Shown in pieces: positions 38,633 to 48,466 of a stretch of DNA of 64,000 nucleotides. This DNA is from Nitrospira sp. (GTDB lineage Bacteria > Nitrospirota > Nitrospiria > Nitrospirales > Nitrospiraceae): NCBI GenBank assembly GCA_047150005.1, contig AP038806.1, forward strand, positions 1,280,001-1,344,000, given 5' to 3'. Position 1 is the first letter of the stretch. Each line of letters starts with the position of its first letter. Below the pieces are notes generated by a model. That model had not been told where the DNA came from. It was given only the letters and a program-made list of their open reading frames with translations, and did not search any database. Position numbers and translations under genes: made by a program.

Positions 38633-41600
38633 TTACACCTTGATCTTGATGTGCTCACCTTTGAGCCACTTGATCATGAACTCGTTCTCCTGTCCCGGGG
38701 TAAAGCCGGTGCGAACCGGTTCCCACGGGCCCCGCGCGCCGATGCCGCCGTCTTCCGCCTTGGTGATGCGGATCAGACATTCCTTCGGCACGGTGTTGAC
38801 CGCGTGGTGATCGATTTCGAATCCCCACTTCCATTTCAACCCGTTGGCGTTCTTGCCCGGGAGGGAGTCGGTCTGGTGCATCGGCATCAGCCACGACCGG
38901 GTAAAGGACTGTTGGGCCCCGTACCGGAAGTTGGACTGATAGCCGGTGTCCACCGCGATGGCTCGGCCGTCCGGCCGGGTCTCGTGGCCCTTCACCGACT
39001 TCGCCGTCGACACGTACGGGGCGTGCTTCGCCATCGTCACGTGGTACGGATAGGCGGGGTTGTACTTCGCCCGGATCATCAAGCGCGCGACCTTGTAGAA
39101 CGGATCCGAGGGTTTCCAGCCGCGATAGGGCCGGTCCACCGGGTTGCCGTCCACGTAGACGTAGTCGCCGTCGTTGATGCCGCGGTCTTTGGCCGCCTGC
39201 GGGTTGATATGCAACTGGTGCTCGCCGACGCCCGGCGTCCGTTTGTCCATGCGGTACGGATCGCCGAAGTTCGACTCGTAAATCTGCACCCAGTCGTTCA
39301 CCGACCACTGGCTGTGCACCCGGTGCCGGGTCTTGGGCGTCACGCAGTAGAACTGGTAGCCCTTCTCCCACAACGGGTTGGCATGTTGCTTGATTTCCCC
39401 CCACGGCAGCTTGATGTTGCGCACCGTCTTGTCGTCATGGTGCTGCGCCGTGATCGGAATGCCGTAGTCGTCCGGTCGGACGTACGGGTTGGTCGTGAAG
39501 ATGGCGTTCGGCAGATACGGGGTCGCCTCCGGGCCTTCCCGGTGCACGATGAAGTTTTCCCCGTACTCGATCGCCTCGGGCTCCACCCGATACGTTTCCA
39601 AACGTCCGGATCGCGTCCACTGCGGCTTGCTCTCGTTGACTTCTTCCCAGAGCGGATGGCGGGGATAGGTCCGCACCATGACCATCCAGCCCTTCTCCGA
39701 CTTCAGCATCACGTCGGCGCTATACCCGTACAACGTGCTCGATGCATCGAACACCCGCTGCGCATAGACGTCGACGCGATTCAGGTACACGAAGTGGAAG
39801 ACTTCCCTTATTTTCTCGTCGCCGGTCATCTCCGACAACTTGGCCGCGACGCCGGCAAAGGTATCCAGGTCGTTGCGAGTGTCGTACAGCGGCCGGATGC
39901 CGCCCTTCCAGACCTGAATCCAGGGATTCGACACCGTCGCCGTCATTTCCGGATAGGTGAATTCCATCCAGGAGTTGCAGGCAAAGGCGATGTCGGCGTG
40001 GTTGACGTCCGAGGTCATCTCAATGTCTTGCGTGACGATCATCTCGATGTTCGGATCCACGTTGCGCACCATGTCATAGTGGTGCTTGGAATTGTTCAGA
40101 ATGTTCACGTTGACGACCCACCGGACCTTGCTCGGGCTCGGCATGTGGGTCTTGCCTGTGAACACCTTGCGTCCATACTTCGGCGTATTGACGATCAGGG
40201 CGGTGTCGCCGTGGTTCCAATACCCGGGCTCTTCGCCGTAGTAGTAGGTTCTGTACTTGATTTCCTTCCCGTGCGCATTCGGATCCAGATTCGAGTGCCA
40301 CGGGTCTTCCGCTAGATGGACTCCCGCACCGGCCCCCGACCAGGGCGCCGCGTTCCAGATGCCCACTTTGTAGTTGCCGGACCAGGTATGACATCCCGTG
40401 CCGAACTTGCCGACGTTGCCGGTCAGAATCATGACGAGCGCCGCCGCCCGTCCCATCGACGTCATGTGGAAATAGTGACAGACGCCTTCGCCGTTGTGAA
40501 TCGCGGCGGGCTTGATCGTGCCCGAGTCCCGCGCCCAGCGGACGATCAAGTCCTTGGGCGACCGGTTGATCTGATGCACCGTGTCTAGATCGTAGTCCTG
40601 GAAGTGCACCATGTAGAGCTGGTAAATCGGCGCGACGTCTACTTCGCGGCCGTTGAGCATCTTCACCCGGTACGTTCCGGTGAGCGCCGCATCGACGCCC
40701 GTCTCCTGGTAGTGCACGCCCACTTGTTCACGATGGAGCGGCACCGCCTGCTTCTTGTTGAGGTCCCAGACCATCATCCCGCCGAGCCGCTGGATGTATT
40801 CCGGCTTCAGGCCTTGTATACGGCCCGAATAGGAGTGGCTGAAATCGGGCAATGCGTAATCCTTGATGACGTCCCGCGGATCCAAATACTGCAAGGTGTC
40901 GGTCCGCACGAGAAGCGGCATATCCGTGTACTGCTTCAGAAAATCGATGTCGTGCAGATTCTCCTCGACGATGATCCGGCTGGCGCCGAGGAACAGGGCG
41001 CCGTCCGATTCCGGACGAACTGGAATCCAGTAGTCGGCGCGATAGGCCGTCGGATTGTACTCGGGCGTGATCACGACGATGCGGCCGCCACGCTCGATGG
41101 ATTCGAGCTTCCAGTGGGCTTCCGGCATCTTGTTCTCGGTGAAGTTCTTGCCCCAGCTCGTATTGAGCTTGGAGAAGCGCATATCGGACAGGTCCGTGTC
41201 GCAATTCTGCGTCCCGTTCCACCAAGGCTGAGACGGGTCCTGGTCGCCGTGCCAGGTGTAGTTGTTCCAGTACCGGCCGCCCTGGGCCTGGTCCGGGCCG
41301 ACTTTTCTGATCCAGGAATCGAGCAACGGCAGAACGCTGTTGTTAAACCGGGTATTGCCATGCTTGCCCAGCAAACCGAGAATCGGCATACCGGCGCGAT
41401 GCTTGAAACAGCGGACCCCGGCGCCCTTCATCATCTCGATCATTTCCGGCGCATAGCCCTGCTCACGCAGACGCCGCGCGCCCGCCTCGCCGCTGTACCG
41501 GTTCCCGATGAGAATCAGGCCCTTACCCGCGTAGGTGAAGGCCGTATCCCAGGACACGCGAATCATGTCGTCGAGGAAGCGGCTGTCGAACTTGTACTTC

Positions 41601-42070
41601 CGCTTCGTCTCCGGCGTGAGCTCCGGCGAGCCGTCGTCCATCCACTGCTTCCAGCCCTTCCGCATCAATGGTCCCTTCAAGCGATAGGGGCCGTATACGC
41701 GGCGGTGAAACGTGAACCCTTTCAAGCACATGCGCGGATTGTGCGCGAACGTGCCCCGGTTGCCGTAGAGATCTTCGTAGGTTTGATGGTCATAGTTCTG
41801 CTCCACCCGCATGACGACGCCGTTCCGAACGAATGCCCGGATCCGACAGGCATGGGTATCGTTCGGGGAGCAGACCCAGGTGAAAGACGAATCGTAGCGG
41901 TATTGATCGTGATACACCCGCTCCCAGGAGCGGTCCGGATAATCGCCCAGCGGGTTCCCAACTTCGATGACCGGCTGCAACGCCGTCAACGCCAGGACTT
42001 TGTCCGCCACCGCCACCGCGGCGACGGTCCCCGCCGAGATCTTCAAGAATTGTCTACGTGACCAAACCAT
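38633..42070 (-). CDS. nxrA: Nitrite oxidoreductase alpha subunit (periplasmic, Mo-bisPGD)
   Basis: 1145 aa from MVWSRRQFLK (Tat signal), CSPNDTHAC...RMCLKG Fe-S motif, NYTWHGDQ, TPKTRHRVHSQW; AAGGAGG RBS. Confidence 0.98.
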   Translation of the reverse strand: MVWSRRQFLKISAGTVAAVAVADKVLALTALQPVIEVGNPLGDYPDRSWERVYHDQYRYDSSFTWVCSPNDTHACRIRAFVRNGVVMRVEQNYDHQTYEDLYGNRGTFAHNPRMCLKGFTFHRRVYGPYRLKGPLMRKGWKQWMDDGSPELTPETKRKYKFDSRFLDDMIRVSWDTAFTYAGKGLILIGNRYSGEAGARRLREQGYAPEMIEMMKGAGVRCFKHRAGMPILGLLGKHGNTRFNNSVLPLLDSWIRKVGPDQAQGGRYWNNYTWHGDQDPSQPWWNGTQNCDTDLSDMRFSKLNTSWGKNFTENKMPEAHWKLESIERGGRIVVITPEYNPTAYRADYWIPVRPESDGALFLGASRIIVEENLHDIDFLKQYTDMPLLVRTDTLQYLDPRDVIKDYALPDFSHSYSGRIQGLKPEYIQRLGGMMVWDLNKKQAVPLHREQVGVHYQETGVDAALTGTYRVKMLNGREVDVAPIYQLYMVHFQDYDLDTVHQINRSPKDLIVRWARDSGTIKPAAIHNGEGVCHYFHMTSMGRAAALVMILTGNVGKFGTGCHTWSGNYKVGIWNAAPWSGAGAGVHLAEDPWHSNLDPNAHGKEIKYRTYYYGEEPGYWNHGDTALIVNTPKYGRKVFTGKTHMPSPSKVRWVVNVNILNNSKHHYDMVRNVDPNIEMIVTQDIEMTSDVNHADIAFACNSWMEFTYPEMTATVSNPWIQVWKGGIRPLYDTRNDLDTFAGVAAKLSEMTGDEKIREVFHFVYLNRVDVYAQRVFDASSTLYGYSADVMLKSEKGWMVMVRTYPRHPLWEEVNESKPQWTRSGRLETYRVEPEAIEYGENFIVHREGPEATPYLPNAIFTTNPYVRPDDYGIPITAQHHDDKTVRNIKLPWGEIKQHANPLWEKGYQFYCVTPKTRHRVHSQWSVNDWVQIYESNFGDPYRMDKRTPGVGEHQLHINPQAAKDRGINDGDYVYVDGNPVDRPYRGWKPSDPFYKVARLMIRAKYNPAYPYHVTMAKHAPYVSTAKSVKGHETRPDGRAIAVDTGYQSNFRYGAQQSFTRSWLMPMHQTDSLPGKNANGLKWKWGFEIDHHAVNTVPKECLIRITKAEDGGIGARGPWEPVRTGFTPGQENEFMIKWLKGEHIKIKV

Positions 42071-42217
42071 GAGGCTATTCCTCCTTGCTGTAAAAATAAA
42101 AAGCCCAATGATAGGTGCCCCTGCACGTCGAGATGCGCCTCGAACCCCACCTCCTTTCTCTCCACCGATTCCGGACAGATCGAGCCGATCGTCGATGAAG
42201 CCGTCGATCCGGACGTG

Positions 42218-42232
42218 GCAACTCCCATACCA
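42218..42232 (-). promoter_or_regulatory. Sigma54 (-24/-12) promoter of nxrAB
   Basis: TGGTATGGGAGTTGC, exact GG-N10-GC spacing. Confidence 0.7.
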
Positions 42233-42328
42233 TCGACTAGCGCAAGACTTCACTCCAAACTCGATGATAACCCGTGGTGAATGCTGTGGATGCGCGCAAT
42301 GCGCGGCAGCGCACTGGCCGGATAGTCA

Positions 42329-42371
42329 GCGACACGTCGCGATTCTCGCCACGACAATCGCGACGTCTCGC
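42329..42371. promoter_or_regulatory. Candidate enhancer (UAS) upstream of nxrA
   Basis: GCGACACGTCGC (42329-42340) and GCGACGTCTCGC (42360-42371), with two N3 variants between them. Confidence 0.55.
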
Positions 42372-42408
42372 CGTCGTGCGTTGTCGAGTCAGAGAGAAGA
42401 ATTGGGAT

Positions 42409-42433
42409 GCCCCGCGGGCCAGGCCCGCGGGGC
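42409..42433 (-). terminator. GC hairpin upstream of the nxr control region
   Basis: GCCCCGCGGGCC a GGCCCGCGGGGC, just past the stop of the 42440 ORF. Confidence 0.6.
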
Positions 42434-42439
42434 GTTTCC

Positions 42440-42721
42440 TCAGGCCGGACCGGTCGGATGGAGGACGGCAATCGGCTGAGGCAGATGCGCAGGAACGGGG
42501 CTCGTCTCCTTCACCGGCTCTTTTTTCGCGCCCAGCGAAGCCAGCCAGAACACGAACAGAATACTGATCCAGAAAAGAGCACGTTGAACGAGATCATGTT
42601 GGCGGCAAATCCGACCGTATGCGTGCAGGCCCACGGCGAGTTGACCTGCCAGAACAACCGATTGACGGACGAGGATCGTCGCAACCATTCGTCGGCCGAC
42701 CGAAGCCATGAACCCACGCAA
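42440..42721 (-). CDS. Possible small membrane protein (start uncertain)
   Basis: Single TM LFWISILFVFWLASLGA; followed by a hairpin; fills an otherwise empty gap. Confidence 0.4.
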   Translation of the reverse strand: MRGFMASVGRRMVATILVRQSVVLAGQLAVGLHAYGRICRQHDLVQRALFWISILFVFWLASLGAKKEPVKETSPVPAHLPQPIAVLHPTGPA

Positions 42722-42975
42722 TGAGGAGAATGAGGAGACTGATGGGTTGAGAAAAACCGTGCGGGCGGAACCATCTGCGGCGGCCCGTTGACGTGTGATG
42801 AGAACCGGCTAGGCGGAGGGTCCAGACAGGAAATGACGAGGTCGCGGAGGCGTGTTGACGACGGTCAGAGTACGAAACCCCGATGTGCACGAGCCGATGC
42901 AAGCGAAGGAGGCTCCGCCAAGATCGGCTCGGTGCCATCCGTTCGTGCCGAATATGTGCGTTCTGAAATGACGCC

Positions 42976-43914
42976 TCAGCGCAAACCGGTCTGTTGGGAC
43001 TTGGCGTCGGATGGCTCGCTTGTGTCTTTGACGTCGCGCGCGCAACGGAACCCCAACCAATTCATTTTCGTATTCGCATCAGCACCGTTTCGTTGGGCAG
43101 GCCGCACCGACGGCGTGCTGTCGATCCATCCTCCGCCACGAAAGGCTTTCTGCGTTCCTTGAGCAGGACCTTTGGGATTGCGGTCGGGCGCGTGCTTATA
43201 ATAGTTGGCGTCGTACCAGTCGGCCGTCCATTCAGCCACATTGCCGGACATTTGGAACGCTCCGTACGGACTGACCGCATTCTCGTATTTATCCACCGAG
43301 ACAATCGGCGGATAGAGCAGGAGCCGCTCGGGCCGATCTCGCACCGGTCCGGACAGTCCCGTGCGGCCGAAGTTCGCCCGACTCAGGCCGGCCGGCTGAT
43401 TGCCCCATGGATAGATGCGGCCGTCCTCTCCCCTGGCAGCCTTTTCCCATTCCGCAGAAGTCGGTAATCGCTTGCCCGCCCATTTGCAGTAGGCGTCCCC
43501 GTCATACCATGAAACATGCATGACGGGATGATTGGACATGGTTTCCTGGAAGTTTCCTCCGTCGTACTGCCAATCAATGAGCGGAGGGAGGTCCTTTGCA
43601 AGGACGAATTTCAAGAATTGCACGGTCGTCACTTCATATTTGTCGATGTCATACGCGTCGACATGGACCTTTCGCTGCGGATATTCGGCAGCGTAAGCAT
43701 TTTTATCGATTTTCTTGTCGCTTCCCATGAGGAACGGGCCCGCGGGAATCCGGATCATTTCATCATGGGCGGGAAGCTTGATTCGCTCAGCCGCAAGCTT
43801 CTTGCCCTCTACAGTCCATTCTCTCGTCACATCGGCCACGTCCAAGGCGAACGAGATCCCCACGAACCCTCCCAACACCGCGATTGCCGCAGACGACACG
43901 ATTCCGGCCCTCAC
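42976..43914 (-). CDS. FGE-sulfatase domain exported protein
   Basis: HPVMHVSWYD, KRLPTSAEWEKAARG, MSGNVAEW, LGFRCA; GTG start with GGAGG. Confidence 0.9.
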   Translation of the reverse strand: MRAGIVSSAAIAVLGGFVGISFALDVADVTREWTVEGKKLAAERIKLPAHDEMIRIPAGPFLMGSDKKIDKNAYAAEYPQRKVHVDAYDIDKYEVTTVQFLKFVLAKDLPPLIDWQYDGGNFQETMSNHPVMHVSWYDGDAYCKWAGKRLPTSAEWEKAARGEDGRIYPWGNQPAGLSRANFGRTGLSGPVRDRPERLLLYPPIVSVDKYENAVSPYGAFQMSGNVAEWTADWYDANYYKHAPDRNPKGPAQGTQKAFRGGGWIDSTPSVRPAQRNGADANTKMNWLGFRCARDVKDTSEPSDAKSQQTGLR

Positions 43915-43957
43915 GATACGACCTCCATCTGTTCCCCGCCTCCACCGCGCGGTGCAC

Positions 43958-44539
43958 TCACGGGACTTGGCTCGGGAGTTCCTTCTGGAATTCTTCGAGC
44001 GGGTGGAAATTGAGCGGTAAATTGAATAAATAGTCCGAGACCGACCTCAGCTTGACATGCTGGTACTCGACAATCCAACTGCCGTCCTTCTTCGCCAGCT
44101 TCATGGGAAAGTGTATGTCCGTCGCGACCCACTGATAATAGTTTTCGACCCGCTCTCCATGCTTGGTGGTCACTTCGTAGAGGACCGTCGGATGACCCTC
44201 ACGCGTTTCCGTGCCGATCTCCTGCCGGGAGATCTCCCCCTCCAGCTTTTCCGTCACGCGCAGATCCTGGTCCGGATCGTACGGCACCTCCTTGAAGTGC
44301 TTCATCCTGGACAACAGGAGCCAGACGACCTGCTTGTCTTTCCTGACGATGCTCACGTTGACCGGACCCATCGAATGATGTTCGATGCGCCACATCTGGT
44401 CGCGGTAATAAATGAAGGACTTGTGGGTTCGGCCGTCGATTTTGGTCAACTGATCGGCCGTGAACTCCAATGCCGCGGCGGGATGCCCCGCCCCAGCCCA
44501 GATCCCCAGCGCCAATCCGATTACCATTCCTCGCCGCAT
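43958..44539 (-). CDS. DUF4412-like exported protein
   Basis: Signal peptide, EFTAD, IVRKDKQVVWLL, GTETREGHPT, LFNLP. Confidence 0.75.
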   Translation of the reverse strand: MRRGMVIGLALGIWAGAGHPAAALEFTADQLTKIDGRTHKSFIYYRDQMWRIEHHSMGPVNVSIVRKDKQVVWLLLSRMKHFKEVPYDPDQDLRVTEKLEGEISRQEIGTETREGHPTVLYEVTTKHGERVENYYQWVATDIHFPMKLAKKDGSWIVEYQHVKLRSVSDYLFNLPLNFHPLEEFQKELPSQVP

Positions 44540-44596
44540 CGCCCCATCCTAGCACAGCGGGTGACCGTTCAGCCTGCGGTCACCGAGTCGGTTGAT

Positions 44597-45598
44597 TCAT
44601 CGAACGGTCAAGACCCCCGCCCCCGCGATGGTCCCCGCCTTGAGCGCCTGCAGCGCGTGATTCGCCTCTTCCAAGCGGAACTGTCGGCTGCGCGGCCGGA
44701 TCGGAATCGCGGCCGCCTCCCGCAGGAGTTCCATGGCATCCTGTCTCGTATTGGCCGTGACGCTTCTGAGCACCCGCTCGCCGAACAGATCCCGGTCGTA
44801 GTCCAGCGGCGGAAACGAAGACATGTGAATCCCCGCCAGCGCCAATGTGCCGCCGCGCTCGAGCGCCCGCAGCGCCGGCGGCACCAATTCACCGGCCGGA
44901 GCGAAGATGATCGAGCCGTGCAAGGCGACGGGAGGTGGATCCGCCGCGCCTCCAACCCATCGGGCGCCCAGTTCACGCGCCAATCGTTGGTGTTCCGGCT
45001 TCAATGAACACACGTATACGTCACAATCCCAATGGTGCGCGATCTGAATGGCGATATGAGCGGAAGCACCGAATCCGTACAGCCCTAGGCGCTGGCCCCG
45101 TTGAATTCCGCTCAACCGCAGGGCACGGTAGCCGATAATTCCGGCGCACAAGAGGGGTGCCGCCTCTTCGTCGCTGAATATCTCCGGAATCGGATAGGCG
45201 AAGGAGGCCGGAACCACGGCATACTCGGCATACCCGCCCGGCACTTGATACCCGGTGAACCGGGCCTGAAGGCAGAGATTCTCGCGCCTGCTCCGGCAAA
45301 ACTCACATTGCCCGCACGTGCCTTGCAGCCAGGCAATGCCGACCCGTTCGCCGACCCGCCGTCCGGTGACGTCGGAGCCCATCCGTTCGACGATGCCGAC
45401 CGCCTGATGTCCCGGGATCAGCGGGAAGGCCGGGGCCGGCAGTTCTCCTTCGATGACGTGCAAATCGGTGCGGCAAATCCCACAGCATCGGATCCGCACC
45501 AGGAGGTCCTCGGAACCGGGCTCCGGGATGGGGACATCGAGACAGACGAGCGGACTGCTCTCCACGGCCGCCGTCCTATTCAGGATCATCGCCTTCAT
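44597..45598 (-). CDS. Zinc-dependent alcohol dehydrogenase family protein
   Basis: CGICRTDLH, CGQCEFC..RENLC, PLLCAG, GFGASA. Confidence 0.92.
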   Translation of the reverse strand: MKAMILNRTAAVESSPLVCLDVPIPEPGSEDLLVRIRCCGICRTDLHVIEGELPAPAFPLIPGHQAVGIVERMGSDVTGRRVGERVGIAWLQGTCGQCEFCRSRRENLCLQARFTGYQVPGGYAEYAVVPASFAYPIPEIFSDEEAAPLLCAGIIGYRALRLSGIQRGQRLGLYGFGASAHIAIQIAHHWDCDVYVCSLKPEHQRLARELGARWVGGAADPPPVALHGSIIFAPAGELVPPALRALERGGTLALAGIHMSSFPPLDYDRDLFGERVLRSVTANTRQDAMELLREAAAIPIRPRSRQFRLEEANHALQALKAGTIAGAGVLTVR

Positions 45599-45645
45599 CG
45601 CCGTCGTTTTGAAAGAAGGTTCGGAAGGTCAGATGCGAGACCGCA

Positions 45646-46260
45646 TTACGGCTTCTCTTTGATGCACTCGATATCGAGCTTGATGAAGACCTCGTCCCCG
45701 ACGACCAGACCGCCGCCGTCGAGGGTCTTGTTCCACACCATGCCGAAATCCTTTCGATTCACCTTTCCCTCACCGGTAAAACCTGCACGCTGATTACCCC
45801 AGGGATCCTTGGTCGCCCCGTTGAAGTTTCCGGTCAGCGTGATCTCCTTCGTCACGCCCCGCACGGTCAGATCTCCGACTGCCGCATACCCGTCGCCCGC
45901 CTTCTTGGCGCTTTTCATCCGGTAGGTGACGAGGGGATACTTCTCGACATCGAAGAAATCGGGATTCCGCAGATGCGCGTCGCGCTTTTCGTGATTGGTA
46001 TTCACGGAGGCTGCCTTGATCGTCGCCTCGATGGCCTTGATCGTACCGGCTTCTGCGTCCATCTCGACGAATCCGGTATAGTCCATGAATCGTCCGGTCG
46101 TCTTTGAAATCACCATGTGCGACACGCGAAATTCGATCGTCGAATGTTCGGGATCCACGTTCCACCGCGCCGTCTCGGCATGGACGGACAACGGGACACC
46201 GAGGAACAGCGCCGTCATGAGAGCCGCGGAGCAGCATGTCATCTTCTTCCCACTCACCAT
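45646..46260 (-). CDS. YceI family protein
   Basis: DPEHSTIEFRVSH, RDAHLRNPDFFD, KDPWGN, RKDFG. Confidence 0.93.
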   Translation of the reverse strand: MVSGKKMTCCSAALMTALFLGVPLSVHAETARWNVDPEHSTIEFRVSHMVISKTTGRFMDYTGFVEMDAEAGTIKAIEATIKAASVNTNHEKRDAHLRNPDFFDVEKYPLVTYRMKSAKKAGDGYAAVGDLTVRGVTKEITLTGNFNGATKDPWGNQRAGFTGEGKVNRKDFGMVWNKTLDGGGLVVGDEVFIKLDIECIKEKP

Positions 46261-46292
46261 CGATTGATCCTTTCTGTAGATATGAGGATGGA

Positions 46293-47285
46293 TTACTTCT
46301 TGACCCCTCCGCCCGGAGCGTCGGGGCGGCCGGCGGATGGATTCGTCACCGATTGGACATCACGTTGTTTGGGCTTGGCTCCCGTCCGCATTCGAACGTG
46401 GACATCCACCGCTTCATCGCCTAATTCATCGGGAAACGGCGGGAACGGCTGCGCATTGACAATGGTATAAATCCCGGCCTCATCGATTTCACGGGCACCG
46501 GAGCCTTTCTCGATCTCGATCAGCTGGGCACGGCCGTTCGGAAACAGTTGGAAATGCACCCTGACCGTTTCGCCGCTTGGCCCACGCCTCATTTCACGAA
46601 CCTGCCTGGCCCAACTGCGGCTCACCAAGTGGCTCACATGTTGCCAATAGGCCCGCCCTTGGCCGGGATCCGCAAGAGGCATCAGATCTTCTTCGGCCAG
46701 GGCTTCTCCGGTCACGGGAATCGCGTCAGGCTGCACTTCATCAGCGACCAGATCGGTGACCGACGGCTCCTCCGGCTTGATCGGCGGCGGATCGGCACCG
46801 TCGGGCGGCGCTTCCTGCGGGTTCAGCGTTACATAGATGACCCGCCGCATGAATCGCTCGAACCTGTCCTGCCGAAAGCGTGCAAAGCTGACCTGAATCC
46901 GCGCGGCTTTGGGGCGAACCGACGTCCGGCTCATCGGCATCGGCTCCAGTGTGACGGTCGTCTTGAGGGTCATTGAGTCCCCTTCCGGATCGAGCGTCGC
47001 CGTTTGAGATTCGAAGAGGACCGACTCGCAGATGGCCACCACGGGGACGGAACTCTGGACGACCCCGCCGAGGGTGATGTCGAGGGTCAGCGGCTTGCCG
47101 GATTGTAGGTCGCCTCCTGAGCCGGCCTGGCTGAGATCAAAGCGGGTCCAGCGCTTGGCCGAGCCGGCAGACGATGGAGAGGTCGCGGCTGGAGTGCCTG
47201 AGTCGGCGAGCGTCGCGGTCGCGGGCAGCCCGCTTGCACACAATGCGGTCACGAGGACCAGGCCCCTGTGAAGCAACGCGGCCAT
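46293..47285 (-). CDS. TonB C-terminal-domain protein
   Basis: Signal, Pro/acidic linker, YWQHV...SRSW...GSGAREIDEAG...AQPFPPFP. Confidence 0.75.
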   Translation of the reverse strand: MAALLHRGLVLVTALCASGLPATATLADSGTPAATSPSSAGSAKRWTRFDLSQAGSGGDLQSGKPLTLDITLGGVVQSSVPVVAICESVLFESQTATLDPEGDSMTLKTTVTLEPMPMSRTSVRPKAARIQVSFARFRQDRFERFMRRVIYVTLNPQEAPPDGADPPPIKPEEPSVTDLVADEVQPDAIPVTGEALAEEDLMPLADPGQGRAYWQHVSHLVSRSWARQVREMRRGPSGETVRVHFQLFPNGRAQLIEIEKGSGAREIDEAGIYTIVNAQPFPPFPDELGDEAVDVHVRMRTGAKPKQRDVQSVTNPSAGRPDAPGGGVKK

Positions 47286-47377
47286 GATCGCATCCTACCC
47301 ATGGCGCAGAGCCGGGCGCAACCCGTTTTTTCCGGATCGGTTAGGCATCCATGCTCGATTCGGAGTAAGATAGTCGC

Positions 47378-48412
47378 ATGCGGGCCCTCCTCAAGCGTGA
47401 AGCGAAACCGGGCCTTGAGTTGACGACCTGTCCAGATCCCACCCCCGGGCCAACCGACGCCGTCGTCCGTGTGCGGGCGACCTCGCTGTGCGGAACCGAC
47501 GCGCACATTTTCAACTGGGATCCCTGGGCGCACAGCCGAATTCATCCTCCGCGCATCATCGGCCATGAAATGTGCGGCGAGGTCGTGGAGATCGGAACCG
47601 ACGTCACGCTCGTGGACGTCGACGACTATGTGGCGGCCGAATCGCATCTGACCTGTGGCCGCTGCTTTCAGTGCCGGACGGGACAGGCGCACGTCTGCCG
47701 GGACTATCGGATTCTCGGCGTGGACCGGGACGGGTCGTTTGCGGAGTACGTGGTCCTCCCCGAGAACGTCCTGTGGAAAACCGCCTCCGCCGTGCCCCCC
47801 GAGCTCGCGTCGGTGCAGGAACCTCTCGGCAATGCGGTCGATGCCGCCCTGGCCGAAGACCTCACCGGTCACACGGTGCTCATCACCGGATGCGGACCGA
47901 CAGGATTGTTCGCGGCGGCTGTCGCACGCACGGCAGGGGCCGCCACCATCATTGCATCGGACGTCAGCGAGTATCGTCTGGCCCTGGCCAAACAGGTCGG
48001 CGTCGATCATGTGCTCAATGCCGGAGCCGAGGCCCCGAACAAGCTCGCCGCAAGCATCCGAGACATCACCGTCGGTGAAGGGGTCGACGCGTCGCTTGAA
48101 ATGTCGGGAGATCCGAGCGCCCTGCATCTTGCGTTCGGAGCGGTCAAGAACGGGGGACGCGTCACCCTCTTCGGGATCCCCACCGGGCCGATCACCTGCG
48201 ATCTGGCGAACGAAATCATTTTCAAGGGGATCCGCGTGCACGGCATTACGGGTCGGCGCCTCTTCAGTACGTGGTATCGGCTCGCCGGACTGTTCAAGGC
48301 CGGTCTCAACATCAAGCCGGTCATCACCCATACGTTTCCCCTGAGCGGATTCGCGCAGGGGTTCGAATTGATGCGTTCCGGCCAGTGCGGCAAGGTGGTG
48401 TTGCTACCGTAG
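47378..48412 (+). CDS. tdh: L-threonine 3-dehydrogenase
   Basis: CGTDAHI, GHE, ESHLTCGRCFQC, QEPLGNAV, HGITGRR; adjacent to kbl. Confidence 0.93.
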   Translation: MRALLKREAKPGLELTTCPDPTPGPTDAVVRVRATSLCGTDAHIFNWDPWAHSRIHPPRIIGHEMCGEVVEIGTDVTLVDVDDYVAAESHLTCGRCFQCRTGQAHVCRDYRILGVDRDGSFAEYVVLPENVLWKTASAVPPELASVQEPLGNAVDAALAEDLTGHTVLITGCGPTGLFAAAVARTAGAATIIASDVSEYRLALAKQVGVDHVLNAGAEAPNKLAASIRDITVGEGVDASLEMSGDPSALHLAFGAVKNGGRVTLFGIPTGPITCDLANEIIFKGIRVHGITGRRLFSTWYRLAGLFKAGLNIKPVITHTFPLSGFAQGFELMRSGQCGKVVLLP

Positions 48413-48466
48413 CGACTCCATAGGCCGCCTCCGGACGACGACGACTCCGGCTGATTCAGTACCGCC

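Noticed and set aside
42071..42253. 61-aa N-terminal extension of NxrA in the ORF track
   Set aside because: The Tat motif and strong RBS place the start at 42070; the extension spans the promoter
42242..42257. TGGAGTGAAGTCTTGC as an nxrA sigma54 promoter
   Set aside because: Spacing is GG-N11-GC; the site at 42218-42232 has the required N10
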